From NCBI GenBank assembly GCA_963719515.1, contig CAVRCJ010000011.1:384001-448000 (forward strand): DNA of 64,000 nucleotides. The letters are read 5' to 3'. Positions 19,602 through 29,748 of the stretch are shown here, one piece after another. The position numbers and the translations under genes were made by a program. This DNA is from an uncultured cyanobacterium (GTDB taxonomy: Bacteria; Cyanobacteriota; Cyanobacteriia; CAKZMO01). The stretch's first letter is position 1; each line of letters starts with the position of its first letter. A model generated the notes under the pieces. It ran no database searches and was not told the origin of the DNA. It worked only from the letters and a program-made list of their open reading frames with translations.

Positions 19602-22382
19602 ATGGACCTCGTGCTCTGCCACACAACCGCCGACTTCGACACCCTCGGTGCAGCCGTAGGGGCAACGCGCCTCTATCCAGGTGCCAGACTGATGCTCACG
19701 GGCGGCGCTCACTCAACGGTGAGAGAATTTCTCGCCCTACACCGCGACGCCTACGCCATTGCCGAGCGCCGCGCCGTCGATCCAGACGCCATCCAGCGGC
19801 TAATTGTCGTTGATGCCTCCCGCCGCGATCGCCTGGGCAGTGCTGCGCCTTGGCTCGATTTGCCCCAGGTCACCACGATTGTCTATGACCATCACGGGGC
19901 CTCTCTAGACCCGGACTCAGACTCAGGTTCAAGCCGAGATGCATCAGAAGGCGCGATCGCCGCCGCAGAACTGCACCTAGAGCCCGTCGGGGCTGCCACC
20001 ACTTTAATTGTCGAGGCGCTGCAGCGGCAGCAGGTGCAGCTAACGGCGGCGGAGGCCACCGTCATGGCCCTTGGCATCCATACCGACACAGGGTCGCTCA
20101 CCTTTGACCACAGCACGGCTCGGGACGCAGCGGCGCTGGCCTGGCTGATGCCCTGGGTCAGCCTCAACGTGATTGCAGAATACATCAAGCCTGAGGCTTC
20201 GCCCGCGCTGCAGGCGCTGATGCCTGACGCGGTGCAGCAGGCCGAGACCGAGCAGGTCAATGGCGTAGCGCTCACGGTGGTGCGCCTCGACCTCGAAGCG
20301 CAGGTGTCGGGGTTGTCGAGCCTGACGGCGCAGCTGCTGTCTCAGCTAGAGAGCGACCTGCTCATTCTCGCCGCTCAGTATCCCGCCAAAAAAGAGAGCC
20401 GACTGGTTTTAATTGGCCGGGTACAAGGCGGTCTATGGGGGCCGCAGCTAGAGGGCGTGGACTTGGGTCAGCTGTTTGCAGCTTATGGCGGTGGCGGGCA
20501 CCCTAAGGCCGCTGCCGCTACCCTCAAGGGGGCCAACCGGGAGGCAGTGCTCAAGGCGCTGCTGGGCCAAATCCGGCAGCAGTTGCCCCAGCCCATGACC
20601 GCCCGCGAGCTGATGTCGTCTCCCGTGCGAACGGTGCGCCCTCAGGTGAGCGTTAGCGAGGCCCAGCGCATTGTACTGCGCTACGGTCACTCGGGCCTGT
20701 GCGTGGTCGATGAGGCCGACCAGCTGGCAGGAATCATCTCTCGCCGTGACTTAGATTTAGCCTTACACCACAGCCTCGGCCACGCCCCCATAAAGGGGTT
20801 CATGACCACGGCCCTCCAGACAATTGTTCTAGAAACGACCGTGGGCGACATTGAGGCCCTGATGGTGCGCCACGATATCGGGCGTCTCCCGGTACTCGAC
20901 AAGGGTCAGCTCGTGGGCATCGTCACCCGCACCGACGTCCTGCGCCAGCTTCATCAAACCCAGCGCGATCGCATTCTGCCGGCAGGCTGTCCCCATCTCG
21001 CGCCGCCCCAGGTTTTACAGCAAATGCTGCGCGATCGCCTCAGCCCGGCGGTCTGGACAGTGCTGCAGCTGGCAGCACAATCGGCGCAGCAGAGGGGATG
21101 GCAGCTGTATGTCGTGGGAGGTGCGGTGCGAGACGTGCTGCTGGCGGCGTCGGGGCGGGTGCTGGCCCTAGAAGACATTGATCTGGTTGTTGATGGGTTT
21201 CATAGGACTCCGGGTAGTGCTAACGCCAGCGGCGCTGGCGTCGAGCTGGCCCAGGCGCTGCAGCAGCAGTACCCCGGGACGAAGCTACAGGTGCATGGCC
21301 AATTTCAAACCGCTGCCCTGCTGTGGCATCGCCACCCCGAGCTTGGCTCTTTGGGGCTAGACATCGCCACCGCCCGCACCGAGTTCTACCCCTACCCTGC
21401 CGCTAATCCTGAGGTGGAGGCCAGCTCCATTCGCCAAGACCTCTACCGCCGCGATTTCACCATCAATGCCCTAGCTATTCAGCTCACCACCCCGCGCAAG
21501 GGGCGACTGCTCGACTTTTTTGGCGGCCAGCGCGACCTCAACCAGCAGCTCATTCGGGTGCTGCACCCTAACAGCTTTATCGAAGATCCCACCCGCATCT
21601 TCCGGGCCGTTCGCTTTGCCGTGCGGCTGGGCTTTCAGCTAGAGGCGCAGACCGAAGGCTATGTCCGCCACGCGATCGCCAGCGGCGTCTACCAGCGGGT
21701 GCAGGCCGAGATAGACGTGACCCCCGCCCTGCAGGCCCGTCTGCGACGAGAGCTGAAGTATTTGCTCGAAGCGCCCTACTGGCGCAGCGCCGTCCAGATG
21801 TTAGGAAGTCTGGACGCTTTGAAATGCCTCCACCCCTCTCTATACCTTTCTCCTGGCCTGTGGTGGCAGCTAACGCTGGCTCATCGTGGACTAGCTCGGT
21901 TTGACCAAGCGGGGCAGCTGGCGCATTGGCACGTGATGCTAGAGGTCATCCTCGCCCACGTCCCCCCGGCAGACCGCTATGATGTTGCCGTCCACCTCCA
22001 GCTTCCGGCAGAGGCCCTAGAGCGTCTCCAGCAGCTGGGCGCGGTGGAAGATCAGCTGACGCAGTCTTTGACGCCCAACCTGCAGCCCAGCGAGATTTAC
22101 CGGCAGCTCCAGCCCTACGACACCGCCTTACTGGTACTGGTTTGCGTCAGAGTCTCGCGGCCCGTGCGGCGGCTCATCTGGCGCTACTTGACGCTGTGGT
22201 CAGCCCTGACGCTGCCCCTAGGCGGCAACGATTTGAAAGCGATGGGCTACAAGCCGGGGCGACAGTTCAAAACGATGCTGGATCAGCTGCGCGACGCGGT
22301 TCTCAATGGAGAGGTGATAGGAGCGGTGCATGCCCGTCAGTTTGTGCGCGATCGCTTTGAGCCAAAATCGTCCACTCTTTAA
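19602..22382 (+). CDS. DHH-DHHA1-CBS-fused tRNA nucleotidyltransferase (cyanobacterial A-adding type)
   Basis: ADFD, YDHH and GGGGHPKAAAA motifs, CBS pair, then VGGAVRD, DIDL, DLYRRDFTINA and EDPTRIFRA. Confidence 0.93.
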   Translation: MDLVLCHTTADFDTLGAAVGATRLYPGARLMLTGGAHSTVREFLALHRDAYAIAERRAVDPDAIQRLIVVDASRRDRLGSAAPWLDLPQVTTIVYDHHGASLDPDSDSGSSRDASEGAIAAAELHLEPVGAATTLIVEALQRQQVQLTAAEATVMALGIHTDTGSLTFDHSTARDAAALAWLMPWVSLNVIAEYIKPEASPALQALMPDAVQQAETEQVNGVALTVVRLDLEAQVSGLSSLTAQLLSQLESDLLILAAQYPAKKESRLVLIGRVQGGLWGPQLEGVDLGQLFAAYGGGGHPKAAAATLKGANREAVLKALLGQIRQQLPQPMTARELMSSPVRTVRPQVSVSEAQRIVLRYGHSGLCVVDEADQLAGIISRRDLDLALHHSLGHAPIKGFMTTALQTIVLETTVGDIEALMVRHDIGRLPVLDKGQLVGIVTRTDVLRQLHQTQRDRILPAGCPHLAPPQVLQQMLRDRLSPAVWTVLQLAAQSAQQRGWQLYVVGGAVRDVLLAASGRVLALEDIDLVVDGFHRTPGSANASGAGVELAQALQQQYPGTKLQVHGQFQTAALLWHRHPELGSLGLDIATARTEFYPYPAANPEVEASSIRQDLYRRDFTINALAIQLTTPRKGRLLDFFGGQRDLNQQLIRVLHPNSFIEDPTRIFRAVRFAVRLGFQLEAQTEGYVRHAIASGVYQRVQAEIDVTPALQARLRRELKYLLEAPYWRSAVQMLGSLDALKCLHPSLYLSPGLWWQLTLAHRGLARFDQAGQLAHWHVMLEVILAHVPPADRYDVAVHLQLPAEALERLQQLGAVEDQLTQSLTPNLQPSEIYRQLQPYDTALLVLVCVRVSRPVRRLIWRYLTLWSALTLPLGGNDLKAMGYKPGRQFKTMLDQLRDAVLNGEVIGAVHARQFVRDRFEPKSSTL

Positions 22383-22456
22383 AAAACATTTAAGCTTTTT
22401 GAAGTATCGTAGGAGAACTGTAGACTTTGGTCGTAAATTGGGCATTGGAGAGGACT

Positions 22457-23101
22457 ATGGCTAAGCCTCGGTACTGGATACCTCTGTTGTTTGGCGCTAG
22501 CGCTGCAGTAGCAGGACTGGGCGGGGGGGTTATAGGTACGGTGCTGGCAAGCAATCCTGAGTCATCAAACGCCTCCACGCTGGCCCAAGATCTGTTGGGG
22601 AGCGAGCAGGCCTTTCCGCCCTCTGACAACTGGCCCGGCGAGACCTCTCGCCCCGTTCGCGATGTGCTCTTCGAAGACGTTCAAGAAGAGTGGACCGCTG
22701 CTCCCACCCCCTCCCGATCCAGGCAGTTTGAGACCTGGACCTCTGATACGCCCGTTACGGAAGCTCGATCGCGGAGCGATTCAGAAGAGGTGTCAGACGT
22801 CGCAGATGTCGCTGCGGATTCGGAGCTAATGATTCGATCCGACATCAACTTAGGCGAAGATTTGGCGTGGGAAGACGCTCCGGCAGCCGTTACAGCTGGG
22901 CAGTTGCTCAGCGAGGGAGAGCCAGAAGACGCCTCTCCAGTCACGACCACTGTGGAAACTATCAAGCCCTCAGCAGCTCATGTCGACACCCGTATTGACG
23001 ATAGTGGCGCAATTCGCATAGAGCCCTCTGCTGAAGCTTTTGAGGATAGCACCAGGAGTAAGGTAGACCGCATTGATAAAGGCAACAGTTCAATCTTTTG
23101 A
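22457..23101 (+). CDS. Hypothetical protein with an N-terminal membrane anchor and acidic tail
   Basis: GGAGAGG RBS, hydrophobic N-terminus, EQAFPP..NWPG motif. Confidence 0.7.
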   Translation: MAKPRYWIPLLFGASAAVAGLGGGVIGTVLASNPESSNASTLAQDLLGSEQAFPPSDNWPGETSRPVRDVLFEDVQEEWTAAPTPSRSRQFETWTSDTPVTEARSRSDSEEVSDVADVAADSELMIRSDINLGEDLAWEDAPAAVTAGQLLSEGEPEDASPVTTTVETIKPSAAHVDTRIDDSGAIRIEPSAEAFEDSTRSKVDRIDKGNSSIF

Positions 23102-23151
23102 ATGGGGCTGGCGGTTACGCCTCACCGAACTACGCCTTACTGAATTGCGCC

Positions 23152-25575
23152 TTACTGGCGGTCAGTAGGAGGGTCAAGCCACGTGAGGTTATCCACGACG
23201 GCGCTGTGTTCTGCCGAATAAGCCGATAAACCTTTAATCACGTCTACGTTGTAGAGCCTCAGGTAGTTCCAGTAGTTTTCGAACACGGACTGAACATACC
23301 CCTTAGTTTCAGAGAAAGGAATTTGAGTAATGAACCGGTCGGGGTCAGAGGTGTCAAAGCGGGTAATCCAATCGGCGACGCTGCCTGGGCCAGCGTTGTA
23401 GCTGGCGACCGCGTATAGAGAGTTGTCGTCGTACTCTTCGTGGGTGTAGTTGAGATACCAGGTTCCCAGCCGAATGTTGTCCTCGGGGTTAGTGAGCTGG
23501 TAGTCTGACAGCCCTATCTGGTTGGCAACCCACTCCGCCGTAGGGGGAATCACCTGCATTAACCCCTTCGCCTCGGCGCTTGATTGAATATCCGTCTCGA
23601 AGCGAGATTCCTGACGAATCAGGGCGGTCACTAAGAACGGGTTGAGCTTATGCTCCGCTGACCAAGTTTCAATTAAGGGCCGGAAGGGGAACGGATATAG
23701 CCCTCGCCAGTAGGCTAGGGAGCGGCGAGCATCAGCGTCGCTAAATTCATCCGTGCTCTCGGCCCGCCAGTCTAAGCTAGAGAGCATAAAAATCCCCTCT
23801 AGGTTGTCGCCAATCCCCAGCCGCAGTAGACCATCGGTCATCTGCTGCGCGACGGTAGGCCGCACGGGGTGATCGTACTCGACCTGCCAGAGCGCCCAGG
23901 CGTCTTCGTCTTGGCCAAGCTGGTAGAGCGCCTGCAATGCCTCCGACCCAGCAGGTAGAGGCGATCGCGCCACATTAGGAGCTAGGGCAGGCTGCTTGTA
24001 GCGGGCGGTGGTGAAATCTCCAACGTCCCACCCTAAGATAGTCGCCGATCGCCAAGCATAGTAAGATTCGGGGTACTGCTTAAGGACGTATTCCAGCGCC
24101 GTTTTAGCCTCCTCCGCTCTTCCCAGCTGATCGGCCCAGCGTCCCACCCAAAAGGCCGCAGCAGGGGCATATTCGTTCTTAGGATTTTGCTTGACCACCT
24201 CGGTAGCCCACTGCCACGCCGTCACCAGATCCCCTGCCTGAGCCGCCTGCTGAGCTTGACTCCAGCGCAGCTCTGCTGCTGTATCTGAGTCGCCGTACTG
24301 CTTGAGAATGGACTCGCGGGCTTGACGGGCCGACTCTGGGCTGTCGAGGCTCCCCAGGACCTCTGCCCGGACCTGCAGCGCTTCAGCAGCCCGGTCGGGG
24401 AACGCCTGGATAATCCGGTCGGTGTAGGGCAGCGAGTCTTCTAGCTTCACCAGTTTCGAGAGGTGCAGCAGCCCTTGGGCGGTCTCCTCGGCCTCGGGGA
24501 ATAGGCGGTTCAGGGCTTGGTAACGGCTGATGGCGGTATCTCGCCGGTCGTCCAGGTGAGCCCCACGAGCGGCCCGGTATAGAGTCAGCGACGTTTGGGG
24601 AGCCTTGGCGTAGGCCTGCCCGGCGCTGCCGTAGCGCTGCATCTCCCAGTAGCCAAACGCGATCGCTTCCCAGTCTTCCGGCTGGAGGCGATCGGCATAG
24701 TCCTGGGCGAGCCGGTCGAGGATGGCTTCCGATTCGGGCAGGTAGCGAGCGTGGCGAGTCAGCAGCAATAGTTTCTCGGGCTGGGCAGGATTTTTGGCCA
24801 GGGAAGCCTGCACCCAAGCCACGGTGCGGGGATGGGCGGGGAAATCTTGGATGGCCTGCTGCAGGTAGGCGGGGTCGGGGGGTTTGCTATCCGTCTGGGC
24901 ACTGTTTGCTTCGGCGCTGCCCGCTTGAGCGCTGTCTCTAACGCTATTCAAAGACGCTTGACCCGCAGCAGCTTGACCCGAAGGCGTATTGCCGGCAGAA
25001 GTGCTGCCTGCAGAAGCATCACCCTCAGCGGTATTGCCCAAAGCGTAAAGCGCTTCCGCAGCGGCAGGGTGGTCGCCGTGGCGCTTGAGCAGCGTTTGCC
25101 AGGTCTCCTCAGCGGCTTGAGTATCTCCCTGCTGAGCATAGGCCTTGGCCCGCTGCACCAAGACGTAGGGAGCTAGCACCGGATAGGTCTGCTCTAGCTT
25201 CTCAAGGTTGGCCAGTGCAGCCTCTGCGTCGCCTTGAGCTAGCAGATCGCTCGCCAGCAGATAGCGGGCCTGGAGGCGATCGCGCTTGGTAACCTTGGGT
25301 GTGCTGGCTTCGGAGGATTGAGTTCGGGGAGATTTGCCCTCTGCGATCGCTTCCAGCGCTGGGCGACGCTCTTCAGGGGACTGCAACGCCAATGCCGCTG
25401 TGGCGCTGGCGTTGGCATTTTCTAAAGCGTCTTCTAGGCTAGCATCTAGGGACTGCTCGGCAACCCCTCCGCCTGTGCTAGAGCGCCAGAGGGCGATAGC
25501 GGTTGACCCGACTAACAGCAGTCCGAGACCGACGCCTGCTGCCATCAGCAGACGGAGCTTATTCTTTCGCCCCAT
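23152..25575 (-). CDS. Soluble lytic murein transglycosylase (TPR + SLT)
   Basis: ALIRQESRF, GLMQVIP and ASYNAGPG motifs; TPR-like helices; N-terminal anchor. Confidence 0.93.
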   Translation of the reverse strand: MGRKNKLRLLMAAGVGLGLLLVGSTAIALWRSSTGGGVAEQSLDASLEDALENANASATAALALQSPEERRPALEAIAEGKSPRTQSSEASTPKVTKRDRLQARYLLASDLLAQGDAEAALANLEKLEQTYPVLAPYVLVQRAKAYAQQGDTQAAEETWQTLLKRHGDHPAAAEALYALGNTAEGDASAGSTSAGNTPSGQAAAGQASLNSVRDSAQAGSAEANSAQTDSKPPDPAYLQQAIQDFPAHPRTVAWVQASLAKNPAQPEKLLLLTRHARYLPESEAILDRLAQDYADRLQPEDWEAIAFGYWEMQRYGSAGQAYAKAPQTSLTLYRAARGAHLDDRRDTAISRYQALNRLFPEAEETAQGLLHLSKLVKLEDSLPYTDRIIQAFPDRAAEALQVRAEVLGSLDSPESARQARESILKQYGDSDTAAELRWSQAQQAAQAGDLVTAWQWATEVVKQNPKNEYAPAAAFWVGRWADQLGRAEEAKTALEYVLKQYPESYYAWRSATILGWDVGDFTTARYKQPALAPNVARSPLPAGSEALQALYQLGQDEDAWALWQVEYDHPVRPTVAQQMTDGLLRLGIGDNLEGIFMLSSLDWRAESTDEFSDADARRSLAYWRGLYPFPFRPLIETWSAEHKLNPFLVTALIRQESRFETDIQSSAEAKGLMQVIPPTAEWVANQIGLSDYQLTNPEDNIRLGTWYLNYTHEEYDDNSLYAVASYNAGPGSVADWITRFDTSDPDRFITQIPFSETKGYVQSVFENYWNYLRLYNVDVIKGLSAYSAEHSAVVDNLTWLDPPTDRQ

Positions 25576-25662
25576 GGGTTATCCAGATACGCAACTCGGC
25601 AGGCTGCCTGATTCTAGCGCATGGCTTGGTCAACCCACTTGCAGAGTCATAGGGGAAGCCGC

Positions 25663-27402
25663 CTATTGGGAGGAGGGCCGCAAGGCAGCAGCAGTCTCAA
25701 CGAGAGCATCGTACTTCGGCGAGCCTTCCTGATAGATATTTTCCAGGGCACCCCAGCTGCCCCATTTGCCCGGATCGCTGACGTCAGAGAAATGGACGAA
25801 TAGGCCGCCCACCTGGTCGTACCATTGCGACAGGTAAGTTTTGTAGACCTCCCCCATGCGCGGGTCACGGTTAGCGGCAATGAATAGGTCCACAACAGCG
25901 CGGTTGTTTTCCATGCCGTTGTGCAGCGGCGCGAGATGTTGCCCCCCTTCATAGGCCACCAGCATCAACCCTTCGTCCTCAGCCAGCGCAACGTAGTCCG
26001 CCACCCAGTCAAATGAGCGCTGTAGCGCTCCCCCTTCATCGCCCTCCGACAGGGCGCCTCCCGTCGTGATCTCCTCAAACAGCCGGTCTAGGGCTGCCGC
26101 TTCGCCGTCGCGGACCCAGGTCTCCAAGTCTGTCTTCACAGCATCCTTGCCCAGCGGCAGTCCCACGTAGGGAGCGATGGCGATCGCATCAATTCCGGCC
26201 TCGCGGTTGGAGAGCCCTGCTGAGCGCAGGTAGTCCAGGGACTTCTCAGCGGTCCAGGCGTTCGCGGCCTGAGCGCCCAACACCCCCACCACGCGATCGC
26301 GCTCCCCTTCAAAAACCTCATCCCAAATCTGCAGCACCTCGGCGGTGCGCTTCCCGAACCACAGGCGGCTGCGGGTAAATTCGTCCTCTCTTGAGTCAAG
26401 CTGTTGACCTTGGGCCACGGCGTAGCGCTGCTGGTCAAACTGACCATTCCACACCTCGTTAGAGAACTCGACGTAGAGGGGTAGGTCAGGGGCGAGCTGC
26501 TGCCGCACGTAGCGGGCAAAGTTCCGCACGTAGTCGTCCGTGGCCTGATGGGGCATGGTGAACCAGGGCGATTGCTCTAGGCGATTAGCCAGGTCCACCA
26601 TCACCTCCACGGGAACGCCGCGGCGAGCATAGGTGGCGTCAGCAGGCCGAGGTCGCTCTTCCCAGCCGCTCTGGTCTGAGTTATTGGTAGCCATCCAGTC
26701 CATAAACCGCAGCACGGCGTAAGGCCGAGTTTTGTCAAGAAACACGGGGTTAAAAGGCTCCTGTTCAAAGGAGGCCTCGTACTCTGCCGGGACGACGCGA
26801 ATGTTGCGAATGTAGTCGTCTGGGTTGGTGTCTGTAATCTGGAGGTGAATGCCCTGGTCAGAAGGCGTCACGTCGATGACATCTCTGCCGGGGCGAGACT
26901 TGTCAAGTCGCTCAGCGTCAAATCCATAGCGCAGCGTTCCCTGCCCCTCGTACAGCACCAGGTACTCGCCACCGGGATAGTCTTCGACGCCGCGAAACAG
27001 CAGCGTTCCGGCGCGGGTGTAGGTCAGGCCATCGGACTTACCGGGAAGCGATCGCACCCAGCCCTGCTCGTCGAGATCGAGCCGGTCTTCTTCCCCAGTG
27101 CTCCAGCCCTCGCAGTCGGGGTCGGCGTCATCGCACTGGGCGACCCAGGGGCGAGACGACTTAAACCCGTCGACAAACGGCATTTGGGTGGACCAGTCCG
27201 CGATACCCGTCAGATTGGTGCCCAGCTGGTTGGTGCCGGGGGTCTTACCAGCAGGGTACGCGGCCACGGCGGTGGATGTGGAGAAGTCTTGAGGGCGAGA
27301 CGATTGGCTTTGAGAGGAAGAGGGAATGAGGTGACAACCGACGGTGAGCAGCAGCGTCGCCGCAAATCCGATCAAGGCCGTGAGGACTGTCGATCGCTTC
27401 AT
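25663..27402 (-). CDS. Lipoprotein of the 'cellulose-binding protein'-annotated family, putative glycoside hydrolase
   Basis: Lipobox TVGC; LRFMDW, YVEFSNEVWN, AYEGGQH and KWGSWG motifs. Confidence 0.7.
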   Translation of the reverse strand: MKRSTVLTALIGFAATLLLTVGCHLIPSSSQSQSSRPQDFSTSTAVAAYPAGKTPGTNQLGTNLTGIADWSTQMPFVDGFKSSRPWVAQCDDADPDCEGWSTGEEDRLDLDEQGWVRSLPGKSDGLTYTRAGTLLFRGVEDYPGGEYLVLYEGQGTLRYGFDAERLDKSRPGRDVIDVTPSDQGIHLQITDTNPDDYIRNIRVVPAEYEASFEQEPFNPVFLDKTRPYAVLRFMDWMATNNSDQSGWEERPRPADATYARRGVPVEVMVDLANRLEQSPWFTMPHQATDDYVRNFARYVRQQLAPDLPLYVEFSNEVWNGQFDQQRYAVAQGQQLDSREDEFTRSRLWFGKRTAEVLQIWDEVFEGERDRVVGVLGAQAANAWTAEKSLDYLRSAGLSNREAGIDAIAIAPYVGLPLGKDAVKTDLETWVRDGEAAALDRLFEEITTGGALSEGDEGGALQRSFDWVADYVALAEDEGLMLVAYEGGQHLAPLHNGMENNRAVVDLFIAANRDPRMGEVYKTYLSQWYDQVGGLFVHFSDVSDPGKWGSWGALENIYQEGSPKYDALVETAAALRPSSQ

Positions 27403-27451
27403 GGGTATCCAGTTTTTTAGACGTGAGCGGTAGTGCCCCCCTTTCTGGGCG

Positions 27452-28063
27452 TCAAATCGACTTTGGCTGAATAATTCGCGCGGGGATGCCGACGGCGGTC
27501 GCCCGGTCCGGAACGTCGCTCAACACGACGGCGTTTGCCCCGATGTTGACGTCATCTCCAACCTGGATACGCCCAAAAAGCTTCGCACCTGCCCCGATGT
27601 TGACCCGTTTACCCAAACTAGGTGCGTCAAACGGGCGGTCGACATGGCGTAGTCCCAGGGTGACCCCCTGGCGAATGATGGAGTCATCTCCGATGGCGCA
27701 GTAGCCGTGAATCACGATATTGCTTTGATGCTCGACGATGACCCGCCGCCCTAGCTTGACGGTATAGGGCAGCTCGATGCCGTAGGTATTGCGCACCTTA
27801 CGATACAGCGATCGATACAGAATGCTGAGCGGTGCCCGCAGGACTTTAGGCTTCACCTGCATGCGCCAAACGCCAAACCGATGAACCGCGACGGCTCGAA
27901 ATCCAGGTAGCGTCCAGTCTTGCCCGTGGGCAATCCAGTCCTCCCGGATCATCCCCCACAGGCCGAGGGGCAGCGGATCGGGGTTACCTACTTCAGGGTC
28001 GGGAGTCGTTGATGCGGAGGGCTGCGGCTGAACGTCCGCTACTGTTTGCTCGTGTGCTGTCAT
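27452..28063 (-). CDS. Serine O-acetyltransferase-like hexapeptide acetyltransferase (WcaB/EPS type)
   Basis: Hexapeptide repeats IGDDSIIRQGVTLG and IGANAVV...AVGIPA. Confidence 0.88.
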   Translation of the reverse strand: MTAHEQTVADVQPQPSASTTPDPEVGNPDPLPLGLWGMIREDWIAHGQDWTLPGFRAVAVHRFGVWRMQVKPKVLRAPLSILYRSLYRKVRNTYGIELPYTVKLGRRVIVEHQSNIVIHGYCAIGDDSIIRQGVTLGLRHVDRPFDAPSLGKRVNIGAGAKLFGRIQVGDDVNIGANAVVLSDVPDRATAVGIPARIIQPKSI

Positions 28064-28534
28064 AGCTGCTTATCTCGCATGGAGGGCGATAGGGATAGTG
28101 GTCGAGTTGACGATGAGAGGGGGCCGGCGATCGATTATTTGGATCAATTGTTTGAATCTTGATCGCCGAGTACCTGACTACCGAATACCAGTCAAAAGAG
28201 ACCCGCACCGATTTTTGTAACCCATTCTTACCCGAAACAGCGGCAAAACCGCCATGTTGCTGTCTTCTTTATGGCGATTTGTCATTAGGCTCCATTTACA
28301 CGGTCAAACGTTTAGCTAGGGTAAATATTGGCGATCGCACCCAGGCAAGCCAAGGTTCGGAGTGATACGGTTTTGTTAGAGCTGCTGATCTGCGCAGGCT
28401 TAATCTCGGTGCACTCTGGAAATTTCTGCGCGCATGTCTCTGTGAGGCCTGTGCCTGCGTGCGCTCAAAAGTGCCGGCAAAGGGTCAGCGTCAATCTTTT
28501 ACTCTCGCTAACCTCTAGATCCCTAACATCGCTT

Positions 28535-29530
28535 ATGAACTGCCTTGGAGTCGTCGCCATTGGCCGTAATGAGGGCCAGCGTCTCGTTCAATGCCTGGAC
28601 TCACTTCGCCAGCAGCTTTCTGACGGAATGCCGGTTGTTTACGTTGACTCGGGGTCGACGGACAGTAGCGTTGAAGAAGCCCGACAGCGCGGCGTTGACG
28701 TGGTCGACCTCGACCTTTCTGTCCCCTTTACGGCGGCGCGGGCCCGCAACACCGGCTTCGAGCGCCTCATGGAGATTTCGCCCGACCTTGAGTTTGTTCA
28801 GTTCATCGATGGAGACTGCGCGATTGCAGAGGGCTGGATGGCCCAGGCGCAGGCCGTGCTACAAAGCCAGCCGACGGTAGCCGTGGTCTGCGGGCGCCGC
28901 CGAGAGCAGTACCCAACTCAGTCGATCTACAACCAGATTTGTGATGTGGAGTGGGACACCCCCGTAGGGGAAGCGGATGCCTGCGGGGGAGATGCGATGA
29001 TGCGGGTGGCCGCGTTCAAGCAGGTGGACGGGTTTCGGCAGAGTCTAATTGCCGGGGAAGAGCCTGAGCTTTGCGTGCGGCTACGGCAGCAGGAGTGGAA
29101 AATTTTGCGCATTGACGCCGAGATGACCTACCATGACGCCCGCATGTTTCGCCTGTCGCAGTGGTGGAAGCGATCGCGGCGGGCGGGCTACGCCTATGCA
29201 GAAGGCAGCTGGCTCCACGGCGGCAGTCCCCAAAAGCACTGGGTGCGGGAAAGCCGCCGCATTTGGGTTTGGGGGCTGGCCATCCCGCTGCTCAGCCTAC
29301 TGCTGGTGCCCTTAACAAACGGCTTTAGCCTACTGCTGCTGCTGGTCTATGGCCTGTCGGCCTATCGGGGCTACCGGCACACCCGCCAGCGGGGATTCCC
29401 GGCCCAAACATCGTGGCTGTATGCCCTATCCTGCGTTGTCGCCAAGTTTCCAGAACTCCAGGGACAGCTGAGCTACCACGTCAACCGGCTGCTGGGTCGG
29501 CGTCAATCGATCATCGAGTATAAATCTTAA
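28535..29530 (+). CDS. Glycosyltransferase family 2
   Basis: IGRNEG, YVDSGSTD, FIDGD (DxD) and AGEEPELC motifs; C-terminal TM segments. Confidence 0.92.
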   Translation: MNCLGVVAIGRNEGQRLVQCLDSLRQQLSDGMPVVYVDSGSTDSSVEEARQRGVDVVDLDLSVPFTAARARNTGFERLMEISPDLEFVQFIDGDCAIAEGWMAQAQAVLQSQPTVAVVCGRRREQYPTQSIYNQICDVEWDTPVGEADACGGDAMMRVAAFKQVDGFRQSLIAGEEPELCVRLRQQEWKILRIDAEMTYHDARMFRLSQWWKRSRRAGYAYAEGSWLHGGSPQKHWVRESRRIWVWGLAIPLLSLLLVPLTNGFSLLLLLVYGLSAYRGYRHTRQRGFPAQTSWLYALSCVVAKFPELQGQLSYHVNRLLGRRQSIIEYKS

Positions 29531-29748
29531 CACTCATCGGCGATCGCCCTGAGGCTACGACTAGTCTAAGGGGAGCTCCTATACCCGCCCCCGCAAAAGG
29601 TCGCATCCTCCTGGGGGTAGTACCGCTCACTGATATACGGGCAACCTATGGGAGAGTACTTCAATACTGACTCGGCCTGAAGCCTGAGTACTGGCTCGAC
29701 CTTCAGGCTGAGTAAACCACCCATCCGAATTTGCTACGATAGCTGGCT

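Noticed and set aside
19602..22382. DHH-CBS-nucleotidyltransferase fusion as a novelty
   Set aside because: Known architecture of A-adding tRNA nucleotidyltransferases.
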